From assembly GCA_963725665.1 (NCBI GenBank), contig CAVRZA010000008.1, positions 96,001-160,000 on the forward strand: a stretch of DNA of 64,000 bases. Reading direction: 5' to 3'. The notes beneath the pieces were generated by a model. That model was given only the letters and a program-made list of their open reading frames with translations, had not been told where the DNA came from and did not search any database. Position numbers and translations under genes: made by a program. Positions 11,105-20,564 of the stretch are shown here, in pieces; position 1 is the first letter of the stretch, and every line of letters starts with the position of its first letter. Origin of the DNA: an uncultured Actinomycetes bacterium. GTDB taxonomy: Bacteria; Actinomycetota; Thermoleophilia; UBA2241.

Positions 11105-12275
11105 CATGCGGGACGGCCTGAACGAGCTCTTCCGTCGCAGCGAGGAGCGCGGCGGCGGTGAACCGCCCGACCGCTCGCGCGACGACCCCTTCGCGTCGGG
11201 GCGCGGCTATGTGACCACCATCAAGGTGGTCGGGGTCGGCGGCGCCGGCACGAACGCCGTCAACCGCATGGTCGACGAGGGCATCCGCGGCGTCGAGTTC
11301 ATCGCCGTAAACACAGACACTCAGGCTCTCGAGATGTGCGACGCCGATGTGAAAGTGCATATCGGTCAAGAGATCACCCACGGCCTGGGCGGGGGCGCTG
11401 ACCCCGATGTCGGTCGCGAAGCCATGGAGGCCTCGCGCGATCAGGTCAAACAGGCGCTGCGCGGCTCCGACATGGTGTTCATCACGGCCGGGGAGGGTGG
11501 CGGCACAGGTACGGGAGCCTCGCCTGTCATCGCCGCCGTGGCGCGGGAGCTCGACGCCCTCACAGTAGCCATCGTGACGCGGCCGTTCACCTTCGAGGGC
11601 CGCAAGCGTTCGCAGCAGGCATCCGAGGGCATCGAAGAGCTGCGCCGCATGGCCGACGCCGTCATCATCATCCCCAACGAGCGCCTGCTGCAGGTCGTCG
11701 AGCGCACGACCACGATGGTGGAGGCGTTCCGGTTCGCCGACGACGTGCTGCGCCAGGGCGTGCAGGGCATCACCGACCTCATCACGGTGCCTGGCCTCAT
11801 CAACCTCGACTTCGCCGACGTGCGCACCATCATGAAGGATGCCGGCACGGCGCTCATGGGCATCGGCTCGGCGACCGGCGACACCAGGGCCGGCGAAGCG
11901 GCCACTCAGGCAATCGCCTCGCCGTTGCTCGAGACGTCGATCTCGGGCGCGCGCGGGATCCTCCTGAACATCACCGGCGGCAAGGACCTGTCGCTCTACG
12001 AGGTCAACGACGCCGCGCAGACGATCGCCGAGGCCACCCACGACGAGGCCAACATCATCTTCGGCGCCGTGGTCGACGAGCGTCTCGAGGGTCGCATGAC
12101 GGTCACGGTGATCGCCACCGGCTTCGATGGGCAGTCGCTGGCGCTGGAGCCGTCAAGCCGGGAGGAGAACGAGCCAAGCGGACCTCGCCGGCCTACGGAG
12201 CCGATCTTCGAGCCACCGCCGCGCTTCGACGATGAGCTCGACGTGCCGTCGTTCGTGCGCCGGCCCGAGGAGTAG
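11088..12275 (+). CDS. ftsZ: Cell division protein FtsZ with N-terminal extension
   Basis: GVGGAGTNAVNRM, GGGTGTG signature, INLDFADV T7 loop, C-terminal DELDVPSFVRR; GGAGG 6 nt before ATG 11088. Confidence 0.96.
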   Translation: MGSRASMRDGLNELFRRSEERGGGEPPDRSRDDPFASGRGYVTTIKVVGVGGAGTNAVNRMVDEGIRGVEFIAVNTDTQALEMCDADVKVHIGQEITHGLGGGADPDVGREAMEASRDQVKQALRGSDMVFITAGEGGGTGTGASPVIAAVARELDALTVAIVTRPFTFEGRKRSQQASEGIEELRRMADAVIIIPNERLLQVVERTTTMVEAFRFADDVLRQGVQGITDLITVPGLINLDFADVRTIMKDAGTALMGIGSATGDTRAGEAATQAIASPLLETSISGARGILLNITGGKDLSLYEVNDAAQTIAEATHDEANIIFGAVVDERLEGRMTVTVIATGFDGQSLALEPSSREENEPSGPRRPTEPIFEPPPRFDDELDVPSFVRRPEE

Positions 12276-12284
12276 TCGCCCCGC

Positions 12285-13139
12285 ATGACGGCCATCGGCA
12301 CGGCAGCGACGCGACCTCTCGGGGCCGCGCCCTCAGGCTTGCCGCAGCTTGAGTTCGACCTCGACGTCTTCCACGGGCCTTTCGACCTGCTTGTTACGCT
12401 GATCCTGCGCGAGGAGATCGACCTCTGGGAGGTCAGCGTCTCGCGTCTCATCGCCGAGTACGTCGTGCACTTGGCCGACAGCGGCGAGTTCGATCTCGAG
12501 GCGACCTCACAGTTCGTCGTGCTGGTCGCGTCGCTGCTCGAGATGAAGTCGCGCCTCCTCGTGACCGGCGACCTGTTCGCTGACGAAGAGGAGCCCAACG
12601 ACGAGGGGACGGCCGAGGAATTGCTGGCCGCGCTCGTGCGTTACACGCAGTTCAGGCGCGCCGGCGAGGCGCTTGCCGGCGGCTACGCTGAGCACGCCGG
12701 TCGCGTCTACCGGCAGGCGCCGGTGCCGGCGCGCTTCTTGCGCTCATCGCAGGACGGTCCGACGCTCGCCTCGGCGCTGCTCGTCTCGGCTCTGACGCCG
12801 CTCTTGCGTGAGCCGCCGGCGCCCGACGCGAGCCACATCACCGACCTGGCCGTATCGCTCGTGGCGGAGCTGCGCCGCCTGCGCCGGCGGCTCATCGACG
12901 GTGGGTCGTTCACGTTCGCCGCCGTGGCGCCCCGCGACCGGCTGCGCAAGGCGCTCACGTTCTTCGCTCTGCTGGAGCTGCACAGCCGGGGCGAAGTGCG
13001 CCTCGCGCAGACGCGGCCGTTCGCGGATATCACGGTGACGCCGACGGACGGTCGGGCGCCCGCGAAGGGTGGGCGTGACTGGTCGAGGGGTGGACGCGAC
13101 GGGACGAGGCGTGATCTCACGCTGGTGTCCGAGAGGTGA
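12285..13139 (+). CDS. scpA: Segregation/condensation protein A (kleisin)
   Basis: FHGPFDLLVTLI, LLEMKSRLL, TFFALLEL. Confidence 0.92.
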   Translation: MTAIGTAATRPLGAAPSGLPQLEFDLDVFHGPFDLLVTLILREEIDLWEVSVSRLIAEYVVHLADSGEFDLEATSQFVVLVASLLEMKSRLLVTGDLFADEEEPNDEGTAEELLAALVRYTQFRRAGEALAGGYAEHAGRVYRQAPVPARFLRSSQDGPTLASALLVSALTPLLREPPAPDASHITDLAVSLVAELRRLRRRLIDGGSFTFAAVAPRDRLRKALTFFALLELHSRGEVRLAQTRPFADITVTPTDGRAPAKGGRDWSRGGRDGTRRDLTLVSER

Positions 13140-13200
13140 TGGCGGCGGCGCTTGAGGGTAGGATGACGCCCGGTCGGAAGCGGCTCGAACGACGGGACCT

Positions 13201-13773
13201 ATGGATGAAGTGACACGACTGACCGAGGCCATCCTCTTCGTCTCACCGCGACCGGTGTCGCGCGAGGAGCTCGCCGCCGCGTGCGAGCTCGAGGTGGCCC
13301 GCGTGGAGGAGGCACTCGCTGAGCTGCGCCGCGAGTACGACGGTCGCCACGGCATCGAGCTGCGAGCGGTGGCGGGAGGCAACGCCTTCGCCGTAGCTCG
13401 CGACTGCGAGGCGGCGGTCGAGCGCTTCGCCGGCGCCCGCCGCCCCGACGAGCTGTCGCCGGCGTTGCTCGAGGCGTTGAGCGTCGTCGCCTACCTGCAG
13501 CCGGCGACACGCGCTGAGGTGGCCCAGGTGCGCGGCGTATCCTCGGATTGGGCGTTGGCGGCCCTCGAGGAGCGCGGCCTCGTCGAAGAGGCGGGCCGCG
13601 CCGACTCGCCGGGCGCCCCGATCCTCTACCGCACGACGCGGCTCTTCCTGCAGCTCTTCGGACTGCACGACCTCGGCGAGCTACCGCCGCTGGCCGAGTT
13701 CGAGCTCACGGCGGCCGAGGTCGACGAGCTGCGCTCGCGACTCCAGGCGAATGCCGAGAGGAGGGGCGCCTGA
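13201..13773 (+). CDS. scpB: Segregation/condensation protein B
   Basis: EAILF, LSPALLEALSVVAYLQPATRAEV..RGV, PILYRTT..FL..FGL. Confidence 0.93.
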   Translation: MDEVTRLTEAILFVSPRPVSREELAAACELEVARVEEALAELRREYDGRHGIELRAVAGGNAFAVARDCEAAVERFAGARRPDELSPALLEALSVVAYLQPATRAEVAQVRGVSSDWALAALEERGLVEEAGRADSPGAPILYRTTRLFLQLFGLHDLGELPPLAEFELTAAEVDELRSRLQANAERRGA

Positions 13774-14726
13774 TGCTTGAGGACGCCGAGGGGCCGGGCG
13801 CGGCCGAGGACCCGCGCGACGGGGACGCCGCGCAAGATGGAAACGACGACCAGCGCGACGAGGGCGCAGCGGACGACGAAGAGCGCGGCCCCGACCTGCG
13901 CGGCGAGGGCCGACACGGGCGCGGAGAGCGTGACGAGCGCCGCCGCCGCGGCGTCTACCTGTCCGTCTACCTCGCGCGTTCGGGGGCCGGCTCGCGGCGT
14001 CACTGCGACGAGGTCGTCAAGCAGGGCAGGGTAACGGTCAACGGCGTCGTCGTCACCTTTCCGCGGGAGCAGGTGGGGCCCGACGACGAGGTGGCCGTCG
14101 ACGGCGAGATCGTGACGCCGCGCGAGCTACGCTACGTCCTCGTGAACAAGCCACGCGGCGTCGCCTCGACGCGCAGCGACCCGCACGCCGACCGCGTGCT
14201 CATCGAGCTCGTGCCCGACGGTCGCATCCTGTTCCCGGTAGGGCGCCTCGACGTCGAGACGACCGGACTCATCGTGCTCACCAACGACGGCGTGCTGGCC
14301 AACCGGCTCATGCACCCGCGCTACGGCGTGCCCAAGACGTACGTGGCGCGAGTGCAAGGCCGCATCGCGAAGAACGACTTGGCGGAGCTGCGTCGCGGCG
14401 TCCAGCTCGAGGACGGGGTGACGGCACCGGCCGAGGCGCGGCTCATCAAGCAGAGCCCGAAGACGGCCCTCGTGGAGCTCACGCTCCACGAGGGCCGCAA
14501 ACGCCAGGTGCGGCGCATGTTGGAGGCACTCGGCTTGGGCGTCGAGGAACTGCACCGCCGCCGCTACGGCCCCCTTTCCGACAAGGGGCTGGGCGTCGGG
14601 CAGCACCGCGACCTGACGCAGGAGGAGGTCGACGCGCTGCGCCGCGCCGGCGAGGAGTCAGACAGCAGGGTGCGCGCCGAAGACCCCGCAGACGTGCTGG
14701 GCCCAGAGACGGCGGTCGAGCCCTAG
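13773..14726 (+). CDS. rluB: rRNA pseudouridine synthase (RluB/RsuA family) with charged N-terminal extension
   Basis: S4-like SRR..GRVTVNG, NKPRG, PVGRLD, EGRKRQVRRM; follows scpB. Confidence 0.88.
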   Translation: MLEDAEGPGAAEDPRDGDAAQDGNDDQRDEGAADDEERGPDLRGEGRHGRGERDERRRRGVYLSVYLARSGAGSRRHCDEVVKQGRVTVNGVVVTFPREQVGPDDEVAVDGEIVTPRELRYVLVNKPRGVASTRSDPHADRVLIELVPDGRILFPVGRLDVETTGLIVLTNDGVLANRLMHPRYGVPKTYVARVQGRIAKNDLAELRRGVQLEDGVTAPAEARLIKQSPKTALVELTLHEGRKRQVRRMLEALGLGVEELHRRRYGPLSDKGLGVGQHRDLTQEEVDALRRAGEESDSRVRAEDPADVLGPETAVEP

Positions 14727-14989
14727 GCGGCCGTCGCCGAGCAGATGATGGCGCCGGCCGGGCTCCACTCTGGTCACGGGTCGCGCTCGCCGGGCGACCG
14801 TTTCAAGGTCCGGCACGTCGCGCCGCATCCGGCTCTTCGCTGCGCGGCCGGTGTATACTCCACTCTCTTGACGAAGGAGGGCGGTGCGGCTCTTCGCAGT
14901 GCCGCCGTCGCCGGTGCGACCTCGCTCACACCGCCCTGCAGCGACCGCGCCCGTTATCGAGGATCCCAGAGCAACGAGGACGACCGACC

Positions 14990-15124
14990 GTGAACGATGC
15001 GACCGTCAACGAAGCGATCGAGCTGAGGCCGAGAGCCCTCCGCGCAGCGACGACCGCCGACGGGGATACGAGCCAGGAGATCGCCTCGTTCACCGAGCGG
15101 TTCCGCCTCGACATGCGGGAGTAG
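14990..15124 (+). pseudogene. aroH: Internally deleted AroH-type chorismate mutase remnant (44 aa)
   Basis: RALRAATTADGDTSQEIASFTE resembles the AroH N-terminus (RGIRGATTV..D...EI...T) and joins FRLD (like terminal LRPD); GAGGA upstream; expected position in the aro operon. Confidence 0.65.
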
Positions 15125-15127
15125 CGC

Positions 15128-15547
15128 ATGCGATTCCTGGCGCACCGCGACCGCACCGTGCCGTACAAGCCCGGCTCTCCGGCCGAACTGGTCAAGCCAG
15201 CCCAGGTCGCTGCGATCGAGGCGCTCAAGCATCAGGACGAGGTGGTCGAGCGCCGGCGGTTGAACGCCGAGATGCGCGCCTACATGGTGCAGCGCGCCTA
15301 CATGGTGCAGCGGCTCGCCGCCATGGGGCGGGCCACGGTGCCCAGCGAGGCCAACTTCATGCTCGTCGAAGTGGGCGACCTCTGCCCGCCCGACGTGGGA
15401 GTCTGCCAGCGGCTGCTCGAGCTCGGCGCCATCGTTCGCGACGGAGCCAAGATCGGCTGTCCGGGCTGGGCGCGTGTGGGTGTGGGCACGCGGGCCGAGA
15501 TCGACTTCTTTCTCGACAAGCTGAGCGCCGCGGGCGCCGGCGGCTGA
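15128..15547 (+). pseudogene. hisC: Internally deleted histidinol-phosphate/aromatic aminotransferase remnant (139 aa)
   Basis: N-terminal PYKPG joined in frame to C-terminal AQVAAIEAL..PSEANFMLV..IVRD..RVGVGT; the central PLP-binding part is missing. Confidence 0.75.
15275..15310 (+). repeat. Exact 18-bp tandem duplication (RAYMVQ x2)
   Basis: CGCGCCTACATGGTGCAG occurs twice in tandem. Confidence 0.95.
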
Positions 15548-15564
15548 GGGAGGCCACGTTGGGC

Positions 15565-16581
15565 ATGATGATCATCATGGATGAGGGGGCGACCGAGGAA
15601 GAGGTCGCCCACGTCGTCGCGCGCCTGGCGGAGGTCGGTGCGACGGGGCACGTGTCGAGGGGCGACCGCGTGACGGTGATCGGAGCAATAGGCGACAGGG
15701 AGGAGATCACCGCCTTGCCGCTCGAGGCTTGCCCGGGCGTCGACCGTGTGGTGGCAATCCTCAAGCCCTACAAGCTCGTCAGCCGCGAGTTCCATCCCGC
15801 GGACACCGTGATCGACGTGCGCGGGGTGAAGGTCGGCGGCGGCCACTTCGCGCTCATCGCCGGCCCGTGCTCCATAGAGAACGAGGAGCAGGTGATGGCC
15901 GCCGCGCGGGCGGTCAAGGAGCACGGCGGCAGCATGCTGCGCGGCGGCGCCTTCAAACCGCGCAGCTCCCCGTACAGCTTTCAGGGGCTCGGCGTCGAAG
16001 GCCTGCGCCTGCTGGCGGCGGCCCGTGACGAGACCGGCCTGCCGATCGTCACCGAGCTGATGGACCCGCGCGACCTGGAGCCGGTGCTCGAGTACGCTGA
16101 CATCATCCAGATCGGCGCCCGCAACATGCAGAACTTTCAGCTGCTCTCCGAGTGCGGCCAGGTCGAGAAGCCTATCCTGCTCAAGCGCGGCCTCGCGGCG
16201 ACCATCGAGGAGTGGCTGATGGCGGCCGAGTACATCGTGAAGGAGGGCAATCGCCGGGTCATCCTCTGCGAACGGGGCATCCGCACGTTCGAGACGGCGA
16301 CGCGCAACACGTTCGACGTGAGCGCCGTCCCGGTCGTGAAGCTCGCCTCCCACCTGCCCATCCTCGTCGATCCCAGCCACGCCACGGGACGCCCAGAGCT
16401 GGTGCTGCCGCTCTCGCTGGCCGGTATCGCAGCCGGCGCCGACGGCGTCCTCATCGAGACGCACCCCAATCCCGAGCAGGCCCTGTCGGACGGACCCCAG
16501 TCGATCTCGACGGCGGCCTTCGCCGAGTACGCCGCGCGGGTGCACGACCTGGTCGCCTGGGTCGGCAAACGGGTCTCCTGA
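15565..16581 (+). CDS. aroF: DAHP synthase type I-beta with N-terminal regulatory domain
   Basis: IAGPCSIE, GGAFKPRSSPYSFQGLG, QIGARNMQNF, LKRG, DPSH. Confidence 0.95.
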   Translation: MMIIMDEGATEEEVAHVVARLAEVGATGHVSRGDRVTVIGAIGDREEITALPLEACPGVDRVVAILKPYKLVSREFHPADTVIDVRGVKVGGGHFALIAGPCSIENEEQVMAAARAVKEHGGSMLRGGAFKPRSSPYSFQGLGVEGLRLLAAARDETGLPIVTELMDPRDLEPVLEYADIIQIGARNMQNFQLLSECGQVEKPILLKRGLAATIEEWLMAAEYIVKEGNRRVILCERGIRTFETATRNTFDVSAVPVVKLASHLPILVDPSHATGRPELVLPLSLAGIAAGADGVLIETHPNPEQALSDGPQSISTAAFAEYAARVHDLVAWVGKRVS

Positions 16582-16672
16582 AAGTGCGGCGGCCGGTGCT
16601 CTGGCGGCGGCATCAGGTTAGGCGGCGGGGCGACGGTTCGCCGGCGCGCATGCCGGTGACGGTTGGTGTGAC

Positions 16673-17839
16673 ATGACCTCCGGGGACGCCACGAACGTCG
16701 GCCCGCGCGGTCAGTCGGGTCGAGGCGAGAGCGGCTCTGCGCGTCGCACGGTGGCCATCGTCGGCGTGGGCCTGATGGGAGGGTCGCTGGGCCTCGCTGC
16801 GCAGATCAGGGCCGGGGTCCAGCGCGTCGTGGGTTACAGCCGTACCTCCGCGACGCTCGAGCAGGCCCTGGCGCTGGGAGCGATCACCGAGGCCGCCGCG
16901 TCGCTCGAAGAGGCGGTAGCGGAGGCCGATCTCGTCTTCATCTGCACGCCCGTGTGCGAGGTCGTCGAGCACGTACGGCGCGCCTACGCGGCGGCCCGTC
17001 TCGGCTGCGTCGTCACCGACGTGGGCAGCACCAAGACGCGTGTTATGGAGTCGCTCTCCTGGGAGCAGCAGGCGACGTGTATCGGCGGGCACCCTCTGTG
17101 CGGCGCCGAGACCGCCGGCGTGGGCAACGCGCGTGCTTCGCTCTACGAGGGAGCCACGTACTTCCTCACGCCCGGGGCGCACGTGCGCCACGGCGCCTTT
17201 CAGGAGCTCTTCGACTTCGTCGCCGCTCTGGGTGCACGGCCGGTGGCGATCGACGCCGCCGAGCACGATCGCCTGATGGCGGTCGTCAGCCATCTGCCGC
17301 ACGTGCTCGCCAACACGCTCATGACGCAAGCGGGCGGCCGCGAGAGCGGCCGCGATGCTCTGCTGAGCGCAGGCCCGAGCTTCCGCGACCTCACTCGCAT
17401 CGCGGGCAGCAACAGGCGGGTCTGGACCGACATCTTCCTCGAGAACCGCGCCGCCTTGCTTGAGGCGTTGCGCGCCTTTCGCGCCGGCCTCGACGAGGTC
17501 GAGGGCGCTCTCGAGGCGGCCGACGCCGAGCTGCTCACCGAGCAGATCGGGGCCGCGGCCGCCCACCGGCAGCGCATGCTGGTCGACTCGAGCCTCGTGC
17601 CCGAGGCGCTCTACCGGCTCGAGGTGCAGATGCCGGATCGGCCCGGCGTGCTCAAGGAGATCATGACGGCCTTGGGCGACGAGATCATCAACGTCGAGGA
17701 CCTCGCCCTGCATCACATGAGCGCCGAGCTCGGCGGCACGCTCACGGTGTACGTGTCGGGCGACGACGTCTGCCGCCGCGCGGCGGACGTCGTCGCAGAG
17801 CTGGGCTACCCCGTGAGCACGGCCAAGGTCGTGGAGTGA
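16673..17839 (+). CDS. tyrA: Prephenate/arogenate dehydrogenase with C-terminal ACT domain
   Basis: GVGLMGGS, DVGSTK, GGHP, HD..SHLPH, FRDLTRIA, PDRPG. Confidence 0.93.
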   Translation: MTSGDATNVGPRGQSGRGESGSARRTVAIVGVGLMGGSLGLAAQIRAGVQRVVGYSRTSATLEQALALGAITEAAASLEEAVAEADLVFICTPVCEVVEHVRRAYAAARLGCVVTDVGSTKTRVMESLSWEQQATCIGGHPLCGAETAGVGNARASLYEGATYFLTPGAHVRHGAFQELFDFVAALGARPVAIDAAEHDRLMAVVSHLPHVLANTLMTQAGGRESGRDALLSAGPSFRDLTRIAGSNRRVWTDIFLENRAALLEALRAFRAGLDEVEGALEAADAELLTEQIGAAAAHRQRMLVDSSLVPEALYRLEVQMPDRPGVLKEIMTALGDEIINVEDLALHHMSAELGGTLTVYVSGDDVCRRAADVVAELGYPVSTAKVVE

Positions 17840-17850
17840 GCGGGGCGGCG

Positions 17851-19176
17851 ATGACCGAGACCGCCACCTTCGCGCCGTCGGGCCCGCTGCGCGGAACCGT
17901 GCGCGTGCCGGCGGACAAGTCGATCACGCAGCGGGCACTGCTCATCGGCGCCGTGAGCGACGCCGTCGTGGAGGTGCGCGACCCGCTGTGGGCCGGCGAC
18001 ACCGAGGCGACGGCGGGCATGCTCGCCCAGCTCGGCGTGCGCGTCGAGCGCGACGCCGGCGGCCGCCTGGCGCGCGTCTACGGCGTGGGCCTGCGCGGCC
18101 TGCGCCCGCCGGTGGACAGGCTCGACGCGCGCAACTCCGGCACGGCGATGCGCCTGCTCGCCGGGCTTCTGGCCGGTCAGCGAGGGACGTTCGTCATCGA
18201 CGGCGACGAGAGCCTGCGGCGGCGCCCGATGGCGCGCGTCGCCGATCCTCTCCTGGCGATGGGCGTCTCGGTGAGCACCGACGGCGGCCGCCCGCCGCTG
18301 ACGATCACCGGTGGTGAGGTCCGCCCGGTGACCTACGAGTTGCCGCAGGCGAGCGCTCAGGTGAAGTCATGCATCCTTCTGGCCGGACTCTTCGCCAGCG
18401 GCGAGACGCGCGTGCGCGAACCGCACCGCAGCCGCGACCACACAGAGCGCATGCTCGCCGCGGCCGGCGTCGAGGTGACGGTGGAGACGCTGGGTGCCGT
18501 CTCAGGCGGGCGGCAGATCGTCCTTCGCGGCCCCGCCCAGCCTCGCCTGCGGGCAATCGACGTGCCCGGCGACCCCTCGTCGGCCGCCTTCCTCGTCGCG
18601 GCGGCCGTCGTCGCGCCCGGCTCAGAGCTCGCGGTCGAGGGGCTCGGCCTCAACGAGACGCGCATGGGCTTCTTCGAGGTGCTGCGTCGCATGGGGGCGC
18701 CGGTGGAGTGGCGCGTCGAGAGTGAGAGCGGCGGCGAGCCGGCCGGCCGCCTCACGGCGTCGGCGGCCGGCCGGCTCGCCGCGGTCACTGTGTCGGCCCG
18801 CGAAGTGCCGCTCCTCGTCGACGAGCTGCCGCTCGTCGCCCTCGTCGCGGCCTTCGCCGACGGGGAGACGGTGGTCGAAGGCGCAGCCGAGCTGCGTGTC
18901 AAGGAGACGGACCGGCTCGCCGCCACGGTCGAGCTGCTCTCTGCTCTCGGCGTCGACATCGTAGCCACCGACGATGGTTTCGTCGTGCGCGGCGGATCCG
19001 GGCTGCTCGGAGGCTCCGTGGAGAGCCGCGGCGATCACCGGCTCGCGCTCTTGGGCGCGGTCGCCGGTCTTGTCGCCGCCGGGCCCGTGACGGTCGCCGG
19101 CTTCGACGCCGCCGACGTCTCGTTCCCCGGCTTCCGCGACCTCCTGGGGGAGGTGGCACCGCAGCCGTGGCGGTGA
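17851..19176 (+). CDS. aroA: EPSP synthase
   Basis: PADKSITQRA, NSGTAMRL, ASAQVKS, RDHTE, ELRVKETDR, DHR; alternative start at 17836. Confidence 0.95.
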   Translation: MTETATFAPSGPLRGTVRVPADKSITQRALLIGAVSDAVVEVRDPLWAGDTEATAGMLAQLGVRVERDAGGRLARVYGVGLRGLRPPVDRLDARNSGTAMRLLAGLLAGQRGTFVIDGDESLRRRPMARVADPLLAMGVSVSTDGGRPPLTITGGEVRPVTYELPQASAQVKSCILLAGLFASGETRVREPHRSRDHTERMLAAAGVEVTVETLGAVSGGRQIVLRGPAQPRLRAIDVPGDPSSAAFLVAAAVVAPGSELAVEGLGLNETRMGFFEVLRRMGAPVEWRVESESGGEPAGRLTASAAGRLAAVTVSAREVPLLVDELPLVALVAAFADGETVVEGAAELRVKETDRLAATVELLSALGVDIVATDDGFVVRGGSGLLGGSVESRGDHRLALLGAVAGLVAAGPVTVAGFDAADVSFPGFRDLLGEVAPQPWR

Positions 19177-19829
19177 TCGCCATCGACGGACCGGCCGGCT
19201 CGGGCAAGAGCACGCTCGCGCGCCTGCTGGCCGAGCGCCTCGGGTTCGCCTTTCTCGACACCGGCGCGATGTACCGCGCCGTGACCCTGCTCGCGCTGCG
19301 CGATGGGGTGGCGCTCGACGACGGCGCCTCGCTGGCCGCGCTGGCCCGCTCGGCGCACCTCGGCTTCGACGAGCGGGGACACGTCACGGCCGGCGAGCGC
19401 GACGTCAGCGACGAGATCCGCCGCCCGGCGGTGTCCGCGGCGGTCTCGCAGGTCTCCGCTCACGCCCAGGTCCGCGATGTGCTCGTGGCCGAGCAGCGGC
19501 ACATCGCCGAGGCGTCCGACGTAGTCATGGAGGGGCGCGATATCGGGACGGTGGTGTGCCCCGACGCCGCCGTGAAGATCTTCCTCGTCGCAGACGCGCC
19601 TGTGCGCGCCGAGCGTCGGCGCAAGGAGCTCGTGGCCAACGGGGAGCACGTCGATCCCCACGAGACCCTGACGGCCATCGAGGCGCGGGACGCCTACGAC
19701 TCGTCGCGGGTCGTGGCGCCACTGAAGGCGGCGCCCGACGCGGTGCAGCTCGATTCCTCGCAGCTCGACATCGCAGCCATGGTCGACGCCGCGACGGACA
19801 TCGTCCGTGAGAGATTGGGGGAGAAGTGA
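19167..19829 (+). CDS. cmk: Cytidylate kinase
   Basis: IAIDGPAGSGKST, DTGAMYRA, EGRDIGTVV. Confidence 0.95.
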   Translation: MAVIAIDGPAGSGKSTLARLLAERLGFAFLDTGAMYRAVTLLALRDGVALDDGASLAALARSAHLGFDERGHVTAGERDVSDEIRRPAVSAAVSQVSAHAQVRDVLVAEQRHIAEASDVVMEGRDIGTVVCPDAAVKIFLVADAPVRAERRRKELVANGEHVDPHETLTAIEARDAYDSSRVVAPLKAAPDAVQLDSSQLDIAAMVDAATDIVRERLGEK

Positions 19830-20564
19830 CGATCGACGAAGAATCCGCGCGGCGAGACGCGGATCGGCGGCCGGTCGCCGAGGCTGGGGGAGACCCTCCC
19901 GGCGTACACCGGCTGCCCCAACCGATGGGCCGTCTGCCGATCTACGTGCCTGAGGACCCCTGGTTCTACAAGGTCGCCCGGGTCGTCCTGCCGACCACTC
20001 TAGCGACAGTTTTACCATCTGCGTACGTCGGGGACCGAACACCTGCCCCCGCGAGGACCGGCCATCGTGGTCATCAACCACCAGAGCGACTTCGACCCGC
20101 CGTTCATCGGCGTGTCCTTCGCGAGACCCTTGCGCTTCATGGCCAAGAGCGAGCTCTTCGAACAGGCTTGGTTCCGTTGGATGATCGAGCACCTGGGCGC
20201 GTATCCCATCCACCGCGGTGAGGGCGATCGCGAGGCGCTGCGCCGTTCCCTCGAGGTGCTCGCGGCCGGGCAGGTGCTCCTCATGTTCCCCGAGGGCACG
20301 CGACACGATGACGGCCGGGTGCACTCCTTCGAGCCGGGTGTCGGCTTGCTGGCCCTGCGCAGCGGCGCGCCGGTGATCCCGGCGGCCATGAAGGGCACCG
20401 AAGAGATACGACGCGACGGGCGGCTCGGCCTCGCGTCGGTGCGCCTCGTGGCCGGGCCGCCCGTCGCCCTCGACGACCTCGAGGGGCGCGGGAGCAAGGT
20501 GTACGCGGAGGCGTCACAGCGCATGATGGAGGCCGTGAGCGCCCTCTACGACAGACTGCCGTGA
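19826..20564 (+). CDS. plsC: 1-acyl-sn-glycerol-3-phosphate acyltransferase (one apparent frameshift near 20030)
   Basis: NHQSDFD, FMAKSELF, FPEGTR; removing one G from GGGG 20030-20033 restores YVGTEHLPPRGPAIVVINH. Confidence 0.85.

Noticed and set aside
14860-14990. T-box riboswitch for the aro operon
   Set aside because: No T-box antiterminator consensus (GGTGGNACC) or U-tailed terminator was found.
14884-16581. 565-aa N-terminally extended DAHP synthase
   Set aside because: The upstream part is Arg/Pro-rich off-frame sequence over the aroH and hisC relics; AroF similarity begins at about 15565.
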